The notes: a model not told the origin generated them from the letters alone. DNA of 64,000 nucleotides from Lentimonas sp. (GCA_047617435.1 JBLGBC010000001.1:5502-69501), one strand, 5' to 3'. Counted from the stretch's first letter, positions 8,471-17,428 are shown. Program-made: numbers and translations.

Positions 8471-9544
8471 ATGAGTCGAATTTGTAATATTATGTTCGCC
8501 TTGGTACTGGCTGTTTTTTCCGGCTGCCAGAGTCGCAATGCGCCGGAAACCTTCGACCCGCGCTCGGAACTGGAGCGAAGCCGATTGGGGTCGAGTCATT
8601 TTATTGAAATGGAAGGCGGGCGTGAACTGCGGGCAGAGTGGTTGCGCCCGAGCTTGGAACCGTACCGCTTGGGAGTGGGGGATTGGGTTGATGTTGAGAT
8701 CTCGGGGGTTGACAGTAGTCGCGCACAGACCTTTGTCATGCCGGATGGTCGCGTGTATTACGATTTGGCTGGTGGCGTTTTGGCCGATGGGTTGACGGTG
8801 GAAATGTTGGGCGCCACACTGGAGGCCGCACTACTTCGTGATTATTCAAGTCCGAGTGTAAATGTCACCTTGCGCGAGGTGAATAGCCGGCGTGCCTGGT
8901 TGCTGGGGCGCCTGAATAAGCCCGGCTTGTACCCGCTCTCACAGCCGACGACACTGCTGGAAGGGATCTCGCTGGCAGGTGGACTTTTTACCTCACGTTT
9001 CAGCGGAACCACTGAAGAGTTGGCCGATTTGGGGCAAAGTTTCGTACTGCGTGACGGGAAGGTACTGCCGATTAATTTAAAGCAGTTGATCAAGGAGGGG
9101 GATTTGTCTCAGAACATCTATTTGGAAGATGGCGACTACGTCTATTTGCCTTCATCCACCTCTCAAAGTGTTTATGTGTTGGGGGAGGTCGTCGCGCCGC
9201 AGTCGATCGGATTTAAGGATGATATTTCACTGGTTTCGGCGATTTCCAAGGCGAGGGGGCCGACGCAGGATGCAAATCTGGAAGGGGTACTGGTTATTCG
9301 GGGCAGTTTGACTGAGCCGCGAGTGGCGGTGGTTGATTTGCGCGCGATTTTTAGTGGTCAAGCGACTGATTTTAAGCTGGAGCCCTTTGATGTGGTCTGG
9401 GTGCCCGACCGCCCCTTTAAACTGTTGGAGCGCTATTTTTGGGTGATTGTTGACTCTGCCGCGACAACCATAGCGGTTCGCGAAGGTGCGAATGCTGTGG
9501 AGGGTGCGGGTTCCACCTCAGTGACGATCCCCATCTCTCGATAA
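8471..9544 (+). CDS. polysaccharide export lipoprotein (Wza/OPX-like), paralog of the upstream gene
   Basis: ORF track 8393..9544. The ATG at 8471 gives a lipoprotein signal MSRICNIMFALVLAVFSGC (lipobox FSGC). YRLGVGDWVDVEISG...PDGRVYYDLAG is a Poly_export motif, followed by SLBB-like repeats. Confidence 0.8.
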   Translation: MSRICNIMFALVLAVFSGCQSRNAPETFDPRSELERSRLGSSHFIEMEGGRELRAEWLRPSLEPYRLGVGDWVDVEISGVDSSRAQTFVMPDGRVYYDLAGGVLADGLTVEMLGATLEAALLRDYSSPSVNVTLREVNSRRAWLLGRLNKPGLYPLSQPTTLLEGISLAGGLFTSRFSGTTEELADLGQSFVLRDGKVLPINLKQLIKEGDLSQNIYLEDGDYVYLPSSTSQSVYVLGEVVAPQSIGFKDDISLVSAISKARGPTQDANLEGVLVIRGSLTEPRVAVVDLRAIFSGQATDFKLEPFDVVWVPDRPFKLLERYFWVIVDSAATTIAVREGANAVEGAGSTSVTIPISR

Positions 9545-11067
9545 TGTCTGGCAGTTTAATTCCTGATCCCGTTCCGGAAGTGCCCTTGTGGAAACGTCAT
9601 TTTTGGCGTAATACAGTCAGTAATTACATTCGGACGGTGACGCGGCTCTTGCTCGGGCTGGTCTTGTTTCGGCTGCTGTTCAGCGGACTCTCAAATGCCG
9701 AATTCGGCTTTTGGTCGCTGCTGTGGTCGCTGTTTGGCTACGGCATACTGTTGGACTTTGGTTTTGGTTTTACCGCGCAAAAGGCGGTGGCAGAGAAGGC
9801 GACTACAGGCGAATGGGAGGAGCTAAGCTGCCTGCTCAGTACTTTGCTGTGGACCTTCGTTGGACTGGCGGTGCTGTTGGGGCTGTTTTTTCTCGCGATC
9901 CGGCTGCCATTTCTGGCGATGCTGGATATTCCGTCGGCCGATTACGGAGCCTTTTCTCTGGCTTACTTGATTTTCTTTGCCGGATTGTCGCTGACCTTTC
10001 CCTTTGGTTTGTTTCCTGAAGTATTGCAAGGGCTGCAGCGCTTGGATTTGGCGAATTGGCTGCGGACCGCTGCGGTTGTTTTGAACTTTGCGGGGATTGC
10101 TACCGCGCTCTATTTCGAGGCGAGTTTTGTAGTTATAGTGGCCGTCAGTGTGGTCACCACGCTACTGCCCAATGTTGTGGCGCTGTTTGTGGTGCGTCGA
10201 ATGATCCCCCGATTATCCCTGTCGCCCCGTAATTTTCGCTGGTCTGCTGTGCGCTCGCAGCTCGGATTTTCGATCGCAGCGTATTTGATCACTTTTAGTA
10301 ACTTATTGATGGCGAAAAGTGATCAAGCAGTACTCGGCTTTACTTTGGGGGTGGGCGTGATCGCCTTGTATCAAGCGGGCTACAAGGTGGCGGAGATGTT
10401 CAATCTCTTTACCATTCAGTTGCAGGAAGCCTTAAGCCCCGCGGCGGCCAGTCTGAATGCTTCCGGCGATGTTGCCGGCTTGCGCGATCTCTTGCTCAAG
10501 AGCTCGCGGCTGACTTTTTTGGTGGCGACTCCACTCTATGCGTTGTGTGCGGTGTATCTAAAGCCGCTGATACAATTGTTAACCGGATTGGAGGCCGTGA
10601 ACGCGCAGACTTTGTTAGTCGGGCATGTGATGTTAATTGCGATTCTTTCCTCCCAGTTAACGAATAGCTGCTCAAAGCGCATTCTGATGATGTGTGGCTA
10701 TGAGAAAAAACTGCTGGTATTGGCTTTGCTGGATGGCGGGGCCAATGTCTTGTTGAGCATTGTATTGGCATTGCAGTTCGGGATGGTGGGCGTGGCTTGG
10801 GGCACTCTCATTCCGACTGTACTGGTAGGCTGGCTGCTTGTGTTGCCTTTGACCCTGCGGTATTTGGAGCTTAGCTGGTGGTACTATGTGCGCTATCATT
10901 TGTCGGTTGCCGCGCCGTTGCTTTTATTTGCGGTCTGTCTTTTTATCACCAGTCGATGGATCCCCATGCCAGATTCGGGCGGATTCTTTAGCTTGTTGCT
11001 GCACGGGAGCTTAAGTGCTGGACCCGCAGCCGGATGGATTTTATTTAGGAAAAGTAAATTGATTTAA
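9544..11067 (+). CDS. Wzx-like oligosaccharide flippase (MOP superfamily polysaccharide biosynthesis protein)
   Basis: 507 aa, highly hydrophobic with about 12-14 predicted TM segments. TAATG overlap with the upstream gene, and positioned inside an EPS operon. Confidence 0.7.
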   Translation: MSGSLIPDPVPEVPLWKRHFWRNTVSNYIRTVTRLLLGLVLFRLLFSGLSNAEFGFWSLLWSLFGYGILLDFGFGFTAQKAVAEKATTGEWEELSCLLSTLLWTFVGLAVLLGLFFLAIRLPFLAMLDIPSADYGAFSLAYLIFFAGLSLTFPFGLFPEVLQGLQRLDLANWLRTAAVVLNFAGIATALYFEASFVVIVAVSVVTTLLPNVVALFVVRRMIPRLSLSPRNFRWSAVRSQLGFSIAAYLITFSNLLMAKSDQAVLGFTLGVGVIALYQAGYKVAEMFNLFTIQLQEALSPAAASLNASGDVAGLRDLLLKSSRLTFLVATPLYALCAVYLKPLIQLLTGLEAVNAQTLLVGHVMLIAILSSQLTNSCSKRILMMCGYEKKLLVLALLDGGANVLLSIVLALQFGMVGVAWGTLIPTVLVGWLLVLPLTLRYLELSWWYYVRYHLSVAAPLLLFAVCLFITSRWIPMPDSGGFFSLLLHGSLSAGPAAGWILFRKSKLI

Positions 11068-11091
11068 CTTTTACATTTCAGATTTGAGTTT

Positions 11092-11107
11092 TGGCTAGGG
11101 CTATGCT
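11092..11107 (+). promoter_or_regulatory. candidate sigma-54 (-24/-12) promoter upstream of the first PEP-CTERM gene
   Basis: TGGCTAGGGCTATGCT has GG and GC at the canonical 12-nt register of TGGCACG-N4-TTGCW. It lies about 108 nt upstream of the ATG at 11215. Single-site match only. Confidence 0.3.
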
Positions 11108-11214
11108 TCGTTACCCGGTTAGTCCAATCCCTGTCCTAGTCTTAATCATATTTTTTTAGCTGCGGCGGCTTCGATGCATGATTAGAGGCTGAACCAGAAA
11201 CGGCCCCATATCCC

Positions 11215-12093
11215 ATGAAGCAACTACTCCATTTTATCCCGTTGTGCTTAGTCTGTGTGTTTACGCCGACGATGTTTGCTCAAACGGAGTCTGCTTTTCA
11301 GGACCAACGACGATTATTAGGCTTGGATATTGTTGGACCGGTCATGCAGGCGGGGAGTGATCCCGCCTCTGATTTGTTTCAGAGGAATGACTTAGCTGGA
11401 TTTAATGATTATATTCGTAGCAATTGGAGTGCCCCGGGCGCCCTTGTTGGGCTGGGCGCGATTTCCTTGGATCCCAATGCCATCGTATTGAATCAGGAGG
11501 CCAATGTGCGTGCTTACTACGTGTCCTCCAGCGACTCGGGGGGCACTCGCAGGCAACGCAATACTTTGGGGTTCAATGTCGAGGATCTGTCGACGGAAAC
11601 TCTCAGCGACTCGCAATTGATTTTTCCTGCGGTTTGGGGCAAAAACACCTATTATTCAGACCCAACCAGCTTGACCAAAGATCCTCGTACTCAATGGCGT
11701 CCGCTGCTTCGGGGGGACTTTGTTGACCTTGGCACCGTCGGTGCGGGCGATCGGTTGAATTTATTTCTGGCTAATCGTCCTGGTGGGACCCGGGGGAACA
11801 CGAATTATTATAGCTCTGATGCAGCGGCTAATCCCGATCAGCTCAACCATATGGTTGCTTTTGCTATACCTGACAGCCCATTCATTTTGTTGGGCTTTGA
11901 GGATCCGTACTCCCGGGATTCAAATGATTTTAATGATAACATTTTCGCCTTCAATATTGGGGTTTCGAACGTAAATTATCTGGCGAATCCAGAGCCGTCC
12001 TTCTGGCTGATGATGGGGGCGCTGTGCGGCCTCGGCGTCTGGCTGTACCGCCGTCAGCAGGGCACTGCCGCATCACCGGATCTTGCGGCTTAA
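11215..12093 (+). CDS. PEP-CTERM sorting-domain protein with a DUF4114-like domain
   Basis: 292 aa. Signal peptide MKQLLHFIPLCLVCVFTPTMFA. LGFEDPYSRDSNDFNDNIFAFNIG is DUF4114-like. C-terminus NPEPSFWLMMGALCGLGVWLYRRQQ has the PEP motif, a hydrophobic helix and a basic cluster. Confidence 0.85.
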   Translation: MKQLLHFIPLCLVCVFTPTMFAQTESAFQDQRRLLGLDIVGPVMQAGSDPASDLFQRNDLAGFNDYIRSNWSAPGALVGLGAISLDPNAIVLNQEANVRAYYVSSSDSGGTRRQRNTLGFNVEDLSTETLSDSQLIFPAVWGKNTYYSDPTSLTKDPRTQWRPLLRGDFVDLGTVGAGDRLNLFLANRPGGTRGNTNYYSSDAAANPDQLNHMVAFAIPDSPFILLGFEDPYSRDSNDFNDNIFAFNIGVSNVNYLANPEPSFWLMMGALCGLGVWLYRRQQGTAASPDLAA

Positions 12094-12617
12094 GATTCAA
12101 ACGCTTTGTTCGTATTTAACATTCGCTCAGGATTTAGGGTGTTTTTGGTTTGCTGTTCGATTCTTCCATGCGGGTGCACTTTCGTCAGTGATTGAGGTCA
12201 GTGATTGAGTGAAACGTACTATCGCTGAGTGAATACCAGAAATATCGAAAAGAGGCGGCAGTTGCGGAGCGTCCCGTCGGGCATTTTCAGGGTGCCGCAG
12301 TTGCACCGCATTTGCAATGGAAGCGGGGTCAATCCGAAGAGTTCCAGCGGGTAATCGCCACGCAAAGCAGTCCATCCAAGCGTGAGCTGTATGCGCCACA
12401 ATCTCTGGCGCATACAGAGGGGATTCGAAGTGCCACCAAGACTGCTGTGGCTACTCGATCGCTGTCAATACCTGCGGGGCGCTTCGAACTCTAGCATCCC
12501 CATTTTAGGGGTATCCCGGTACATCAGTTCGCCGATTGTATCGTCGGGATCGGGCAGTCGCGCATGTGCCGTTTTTTGCCGGCCCAAACCCAGCGGATCC
12601 ATTTTCTTTATACGTTT

Positions 12618-12645
12618 TTGAGTTGATTTCAACTAAGTTTATGCT
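12618..12645 (+). promoter_or_regulatory. candidate sigma-70-like promoter (TTGAGT-16 nt-TATGCT) upstream of the second PEP-CTERM gene
   Basis: Hexamers read directly at 12618-12623 and 12640-12645, about 100 nt upstream of the ATG at 12745. No experimental support. Confidence 0.25.
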
Positions 12646-12744
12646 TGCTTAACTAGTATGATCGAATCGTGTGATTTTCCGATTTTCGCACGTGAGCCTT
12701 AGATTTATGACTAAGACCCGAAATATTAACCGGACCACTGTCTT

Positions 12745-13614
12745 ATGAAGCAAATGCTCAAACTCCTGCCCTGCTGTTTAGTCTGTGTGTGTGCGAACTC
12801 GATTTTTGCGCAAACGGAGTCTGCTTTTCAGGATGACACACGGCTGCTCGGTGCCATGGATATTGTCGCTTCGGTGATGGAGGCGGGGAGTGATGCGGCA
12901 TCCGACTCATTTCAGAAAAATGAGTTGGCTGACTTTAATGATTATATTCGCAGTAATTGGAGCAACCCGGGCGCGTTGGCGGGCTTGGGTGCGATCGCCT
13001 TGGATCCCAATGCAATCGTGTTATTTAACGAGGCCAATGTGCGTGCCTACGTGGTGACCTCCGAAACCTCTCAGTCCAATGGGAAGCGGCATAATTCGTT
13101 AGGATTTAATACTGGGGATGCCGTGAATCTGGAGGAAGCCCAACTGATCTTTCCATGGGTTCAGACGGCAAATAAGTATTATTCGGATCCGCTTAGTTTA
13201 AAGAAAAATCCCCGTAAAGATTCGGACCCTTTGATTCGCGGAGATTTTGTTGACCTAGGACTGGTGGGAGCGGGTGAAAAGCTGAATTTTTTCATTGCCA
13301 ATGGCACGGATAAAATCGCCACGACAGTATTCACTGCAGATGCAGCTTCAAACCCAGACCAAGCGAGCCACATGGTAGCTTTTGCCATTCCAGACAGTCC
13401 TTTCATTTTATTGGGTTATGAGGATCCGTATTCGGGGAATAACGGTAAATTTAATGATAATATCTTTGCCTTCAATATTGGGGCACAGAACGTGGCTTAC
13501 TTGGCGAATCCGGAGCCTTCCTTTTGGCTGATGATGGGTGCGGTGTGTGGCCTCGGCGTATGGCTGTACCGCCGTCCAGAGGAGTCCGGCGATTCGCAGG
13601 ATTTAGTCGCTTAA
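12745..13614 (+). CDS. PEP-CTERM sorting-domain protein with a DUF4114-like domain (paralog of 11215..12093)
   Basis: 289 aa, collinear with the upstream paralog over its full length (for example FAQTESAFQD, NDYIRSNWS, LDPNAIVL, NHMVAFAIPDSPFILLG). C-terminus NPEPSFWLMMGAVCGLGVWLYRRPEE. Confidence 0.85.
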   Translation: MKQMLKLLPCCLVCVCANSIFAQTESAFQDDTRLLGAMDIVASVMEAGSDAASDSFQKNELADFNDYIRSNWSNPGALAGLGAIALDPNAIVLFNEANVRAYVVTSETSQSNGKRHNSLGFNTGDAVNLEEAQLIFPWVQTANKYYSDPLSLKKNPRKDSDPLIRGDFVDLGLVGAGEKLNFFIANGTDKIATTVFTADAASNPDQASHMVAFAIPDSPFILLGYEDPYSGNNGKFNDNIFAFNIGAQNVAYLANPEPSFWLMMGAVCGLGVWLYRRPEESGDSQDLVA

Positions 13615-15572
13615 TGATCCAACGCTTAATCCGCATTTTTCTTTTCGCGGGTCTGTTGCTCGCGATTGTGATCGGCATTGTCTGGGGCGTACGGCTGCTT
13701 CAGCAGCAGCATGAGGCGCAGCAGTATGCGGCAGTGTATCGTGAAGCTGAATTGCTGCTGGCTGGGGGGCAGGCTGTGGCCGCGCTGGATTTGCTGAAAG
13801 CAAAATTTGATGCACAGCGAGTGGATACGGGCTTAGATAATTGGCCTGTTTTAATGACACGCGCGGCGCTCAGCAGTCGGAATTACAGTTACCTGGAACG
13901 CCTAGTGCTGGACTACCCGAATCTCTTATTGGTCGAAGAGGAATTGGCTTTATGGTGGGCTCGGGCGCAAATGCACCGCGGGCATTGGGATACTTTAGCG
14001 CCCTTGTTTCAGCATTGGTCTGCCGCTCAAAGCGAGGAACCGCATCGCTGGGACTTATTGCAGGCGGACCACTTAATGCTTAAAGGTGCTGTTGCCGAGG
14101 CGCGCGAACTTTTGTTGAGCTGGAGCGGTGCTGGGCGTGATGAGGCGAATCGGCAATTACGCTTGGCCATGACATCGGGGCCGGAGGGATCGAAAATCTT
14201 AGACGCATTAAACGCGGCCCATCGTGCCCTGCCTCGCACTGCAGATGTGCATGCGGTTGCCGCGCAGTTGATTGAGCAAGCGGGTAATTATAGCCTGGCT
14301 CAGCGGGAATATGTCGCCGCATTTTTATTGGAACCCGAGAATCCATTATTTGGGGATTTCCTCGGGGAGTTTTATCGTCGCGTCAATGAACTGCCGCTAG
14401 CGATTGATACATGGCGTCAAACAGTTGAAAATACTGAAGATCCACGCGCATGGTGGAAGGTCTGGTTCTGGGAGCGTGTGACGCAACCACGCGGGGAGGC
14501 TTTAGTGCCGCCGAGTGGGGAGTGGTGGGGGCAAGTGCCGACTCGCCTGGCTGTAACCAGCCCTATGAACTTTTTGGAGGCGGATTTCCTCGTCGATCAT
14601 TTCAGCGCCCCAGCGATTTTAGCCAACAGTGAAGCCTATCATTGGATTTGGATTCTGGAGCTTTTAAAGCATGGCGACGAGGCGACTGCCCTGGAATTGA
14701 TTGAAACGATGCCGCTATCCTCGCATGCAATTGCTCCCAATCTGCGGAGTGTGCTGCAGGCGTTACTGGATTGGCGCCTGCGAGGCAACTGGCCCCGAGG
14801 TATCGTCTTTGAGTCGGGGCGTTTTGCGCATCGCTTTCTGCGTTCGTTTGAGAGTTATCGCCCCGAGCATTTGCCATCGCAAGCGTCTGATTTGACGCAG
14901 CTGGAACGATTTTTACTTTCAGAGTGGGCGATTCCGGCACTTTTCTTATCCGAAGGCTGGATGGGAGCCGCGTATCGACTGCAATCCGGCCCCTGCGAAT
15001 GGGCTGAGATCGAAGGCCAAGCGGTTTTGGATTGGATTCCTTATGCTGCGGTGAAGATGACTGCGACTTACGCGGGGTTTGATGCGGCCTTGCAGTTGAC
15101 CGAACTGTATCCGGATGATGTTGCGGTGAGTGGGCAGGCTGGCGAATTATTGATACAGTTGGGGCGCTACGATGAGGGCCTCGCGCGCTTGGAGCTGGTG
15201 GCTATGGATGCGGGCGGCGCGGGCTACCGAGCGACTTACTTATTAGCCTTGGCTGCGTCGAAGCTCGGTCGCTACGAGGAGGCGGTTCAACTCATTCGCG
15301 GACGCGAGGATCTGGCGCAGGCAGTCAGCGGGCTAGAACTTTTGGCGCGCTGTGCACGGGCGCAAGATCAGGCCGACGAGGCGTTACAGCTGTACCAGCA
15401 GCTGGACTCCAGATCCATCGAAGGACTGATTTATCGTTTTGAAAATGCCAAGCTGCAATCGGATTTTGTTCTGGCGCGTGAACTGGTGCAGACACTGTTG
15501 CTATTGGAGCCTAATGAGGTGAGCTACCACAAATTATTAAGTGAGCTGGACGCAGCAGTCGTACGGGAATGA
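13614..15572 (+). CDS. TPR-repeat protein with an N-terminal membrane anchor (PEP-CTERM-system TPR protein analog)
   Basis: ORF track 13524..15572. The in-frame ATG at 13614 (TAATG overlap) gives MIQRLIRIFLFAGLLLAIVIGIVWG, a TM anchor. It is followed by Leu/Ala-rich helical repeats with TPR-like periodicity (GRYDEGLARLELV, GRYEEAVQLI). Confidence 0.65.
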   Translation: MIQRLIRIFLFAGLLLAIVIGIVWGVRLLQQQHEAQQYAAVYREAELLLAGGQAVAALDLLKAKFDAQRVDTGLDNWPVLMTRAALSSRNYSYLERLVLDYPNLLLVEEELALWWARAQMHRGHWDTLAPLFQHWSAAQSEEPHRWDLLQADHLMLKGAVAEARELLLSWSGAGRDEANRQLRLAMTSGPEGSKILDALNAAHRALPRTADVHAVAAQLIEQAGNYSLAQREYVAAFLLEPENPLFGDFLGEFYRRVNELPLAIDTWRQTVENTEDPRAWWKVWFWERVTQPRGEALVPPSGEWWGQVPTRLAVTSPMNFLEADFLVDHFSAPAILANSEAYHWIWILELLKHGDEATALELIETMPLSSHAIAPNLRSVLQALLDWRLRGNWPRGIVFESGRFAHRFLRSFESYRPEHLPSQASDLTQLERFLLSEWAIPALFLSEGWMGAAYRLQSGPCEWAEIEGQAVLDWIPYAAVKMTATYAGFDAALQLTELYPDDVAVSGQAGELLIQLGRYDEGLARLELVAMDAGGAGYRATYLLALAASKLGRYEEAVQLIRGREDLAQAVSGLELLARCARAQDQADEALQLYQQLDSRSIEGLIYRFENAKLQSDFVLARELVQTLLLLEPNEVSYHKLLSELDAAVVRE

Positions 15573-16363
15573 GCGTACTGTGGAATAAGCTACCGCAGGG
15601 GGTGCTGGGCATTTTTGCCTGCGCGATCTGGGTCTTGGATTTGAGTTGGTATCGGCAGACACCCGATGCCCTGATGATTATTTTATTGCTGCCGCTGGCG
15701 TTTTTTTTAGCGCGTAAAGCACCCGGTCCGGCGCGGGCTGTTTCGGCTGCATTTATATATAGGATGACTCTGCTGCTGGGCTTGGGGGTGGTTGCCAATA
15801 GTATTGTATTAATGGCGTTTTCCTGGGCCGGATTGGCCAGTGCACTTTTCTTTAGAGCCACTGCAATCCCTCGGTCCCGACTGTGGTTGGTCTGCATGGG
15901 GGCGTTTCCATGGGTATTGATTGACTTGCATCAGGTGGGCTGGTTGTTCCGTTTGAGCGGCGCTTGGGTGACCGGGGTGTTTTACGATTTGATCGGCAGT
16001 ACGGTCCGGATTGAAGGCACGCAGCTATTGATCGATGGGCTAAGGATATCGGTGGAGGCGGCGTGTGGTGGGATGCAACTGCTGCAAGTTTTATTGAGCG
16101 GCGGAGTGGCTTTAACTTTGATTCAGTTTCCTCGGGGACGAGGGTTTTGGAGGCTTATTCTGATGCTTCCAGTGCTGGCCTGGGTTGCGAACACGGTGCG
16201 TATCATCGTGATTTGTGCTTGGGGCTTACACTATGGGGTGGAGTCCGCGGAGGGGGCTTTTCACACTTGGGGCGCGATGTTGGTGGTTGTGTTGATGCTG
16301 GGTTGCTATGTGTTGGCCTCGAACTGGACTCAGCGCAGCCTGGCGAAAGGCAGCAGTTTATGA
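15569..16363 (+). CDS. exosortase (EpsH/Xrt family transpeptidase)
   Basis: 264 aa, polytopic. Conserved-triad contexts are visible: Cys in ISVEAACGGMQLL, Arg in ANTVRIIVI, His in AFHTWGAMLVV. ATGA overlap with the TPR gene, directly downstream of PEP-CTERM substrates. Confidence 0.8.
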   Translation: MSVLWNKLPQGVLGIFACAIWVLDLSWYRQTPDALMIILLLPLAFFLARKAPGPARAVSAAFIYRMTLLLGLGVVANSIVLMAFSWAGLASALFFRATAIPRSRLWLVCMGAFPWVLIDLHQVGWLFRLSGAWVTGVFYDLIGSTVRIEGTQLLIDGLRISVEAACGGMQLLQVLLSGGVALTLIQFPRGRGFWRLILMLPVLAWVANTVRIIVICAWGLHYGVESAEGAFHTWGAMLVVVLMLGCYVLASNWTQRSLAKGSSL

Positions 16364-16872
16364 GTTCGAATAAAGATTCAGCGGTGGTCACCTATGCCAT
16401 GTGGTTTTTGTTGGCGCTTGCCGCTGGTACTGCACTGGTACTGGCATGGCCGCTGCAGTCGGGCTGGGCGCATGATCCGGCTATGCGGTATGGCGCGCTT
16501 TGTTTTGTGCTTTGGCTGGTGGCGGTCGTGGTGCACTATCGGGCTCTGCCGGCCAATTGGTCTTATGTACGCGTGGCGTATTTTATCTCGGGGCTATTAT
16601 GCCTGTCCCTTGGGATCGTGGGGGAGCTGCAAGCGCTTATTTATCTGGCCTTTGTGGCTATTTTTACGATCCCGGTTGGCACGCTGTGGCGGCGCTTATT
16701 TGTATCATTTGCGGCGATTAGCTGGATGCCGCTATGGGGCTGGTTGATGGGCCCCTATCTGGGGGATTATACCGCGCTCAGTAGTTTGGCACTTGCGCTT
16801 ATGACTTGTATTCTCAGCCTAATCTGGGCCTACCTCTTACATGAAGCAACAGCATCTAATCCTACCCTTTAG
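16360..16872 (+). CDS. polytopic membrane protein, exosortase-adjacent (function unknown)
   Basis: ORF track 16063..16872, but its first 99 codons lie inside the exosortase gene in another frame. The ATG at 16360 (ATGA overlap with the exosortase stop) gives a 170-aa protein with about 5 hydrophobic helices. Confidence 0.6.
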   Translation: MSSNKDSAVVTYAMWFLLALAAGTALVLAWPLQSGWAHDPAMRYGALCFVLWLVAVVVHYRALPANWSYVRVAYFISGLLCLSLGIVGELQALIYLAFVAIFTIPVGTLWRRLFVSFAAISWMPLWGWLMGPYLGDYTALSSLALALMTCILSLIWAYLLHEATASNPTL

Positions 16873-17428
16873 TCTTCTTTTTATACTCATAATCGTAGCT
16901 TTATGTTTACGGACGATTGAGTTAGAAGATGCTACTGTGCGTATTGAGGGGTTGTCGAAAGATGGGACGGGGTATACCTCACGGAAAATTGAACTCACTG
17001 ATTTTGAACAGGATATGCTGGGTGAGGCGATGGGGTATAAGTCGATTTATATTTGGAGGGGGTTGCCGTATGTGATCACGATCCTGGATGGGACACGCAA
17101 TCGGCAGGCGGTTCATGACCCTCGTTATTGTTTCATTGGCGCGGGCTGGAGTATTGATGAAGATCAAAAGATCGACTTTGCCGGGGGGGACGCGCGGCGC
17201 ATTACGCTAAGTAATGGTGAGCAGGAGAGTGAAGCGCTGTTTTTCTATTCGACCGGGACGAGTATCTTTAGCCACCCGATCGAGTATTGGTTGCGAGCCA
17301 CGCTGCGACGTTGGTTGCGCAGTTACGGTGGTGATGAACCTCTGTTAGTGATGGTGCAACCGCTGGAGCCCGGCGTTAAGTTGGAGCCGGCTCTAAATGG
17401 ACTACTGCCTGTTTTACGCCTGCCATGA
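16841..17428 (+). CDS. EpsI-family exosortase-associated protein
   Basis: 195 aa with a single N-terminal TM (LILPFSLLFILIIVALCL) followed by a soluble domain. That domain has HDPRYCFIGAGW, which matches my recollection of the EpsI/DUF3485 H-x-P-x-x-C...G-W motif. Confidence 0.65.
   Translation: MKQQHLILPFSLLFILIIVALCLRTIELEDATVRIEGLSKDGTGYTSRKIELTDFEQDMLGEAMGYKSIYIWRGLPYVITILDGTRNRQAVHDPRYCFIGAGWSIDEDQKIDFAGGDARRITLSNGEQESEALFFYSTGTSIFSHPIEYWLRATLRRWLRSYGGDEPLLVMVQPLEPGVKLEPALNGLLPVLRLP

Noticed and set aside
16063-16359. N-terminal 99 codons of ORF 16063..16872, overlapping the exosortase gene in another frame.
   Set aside because: This segment is Gly/Arg-rich and overlaps the conserved exosortase C-terminus. 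An ATG at 16360 forming an ATGA junction with the exosortase stop gives a sensible hydrophobic protein.
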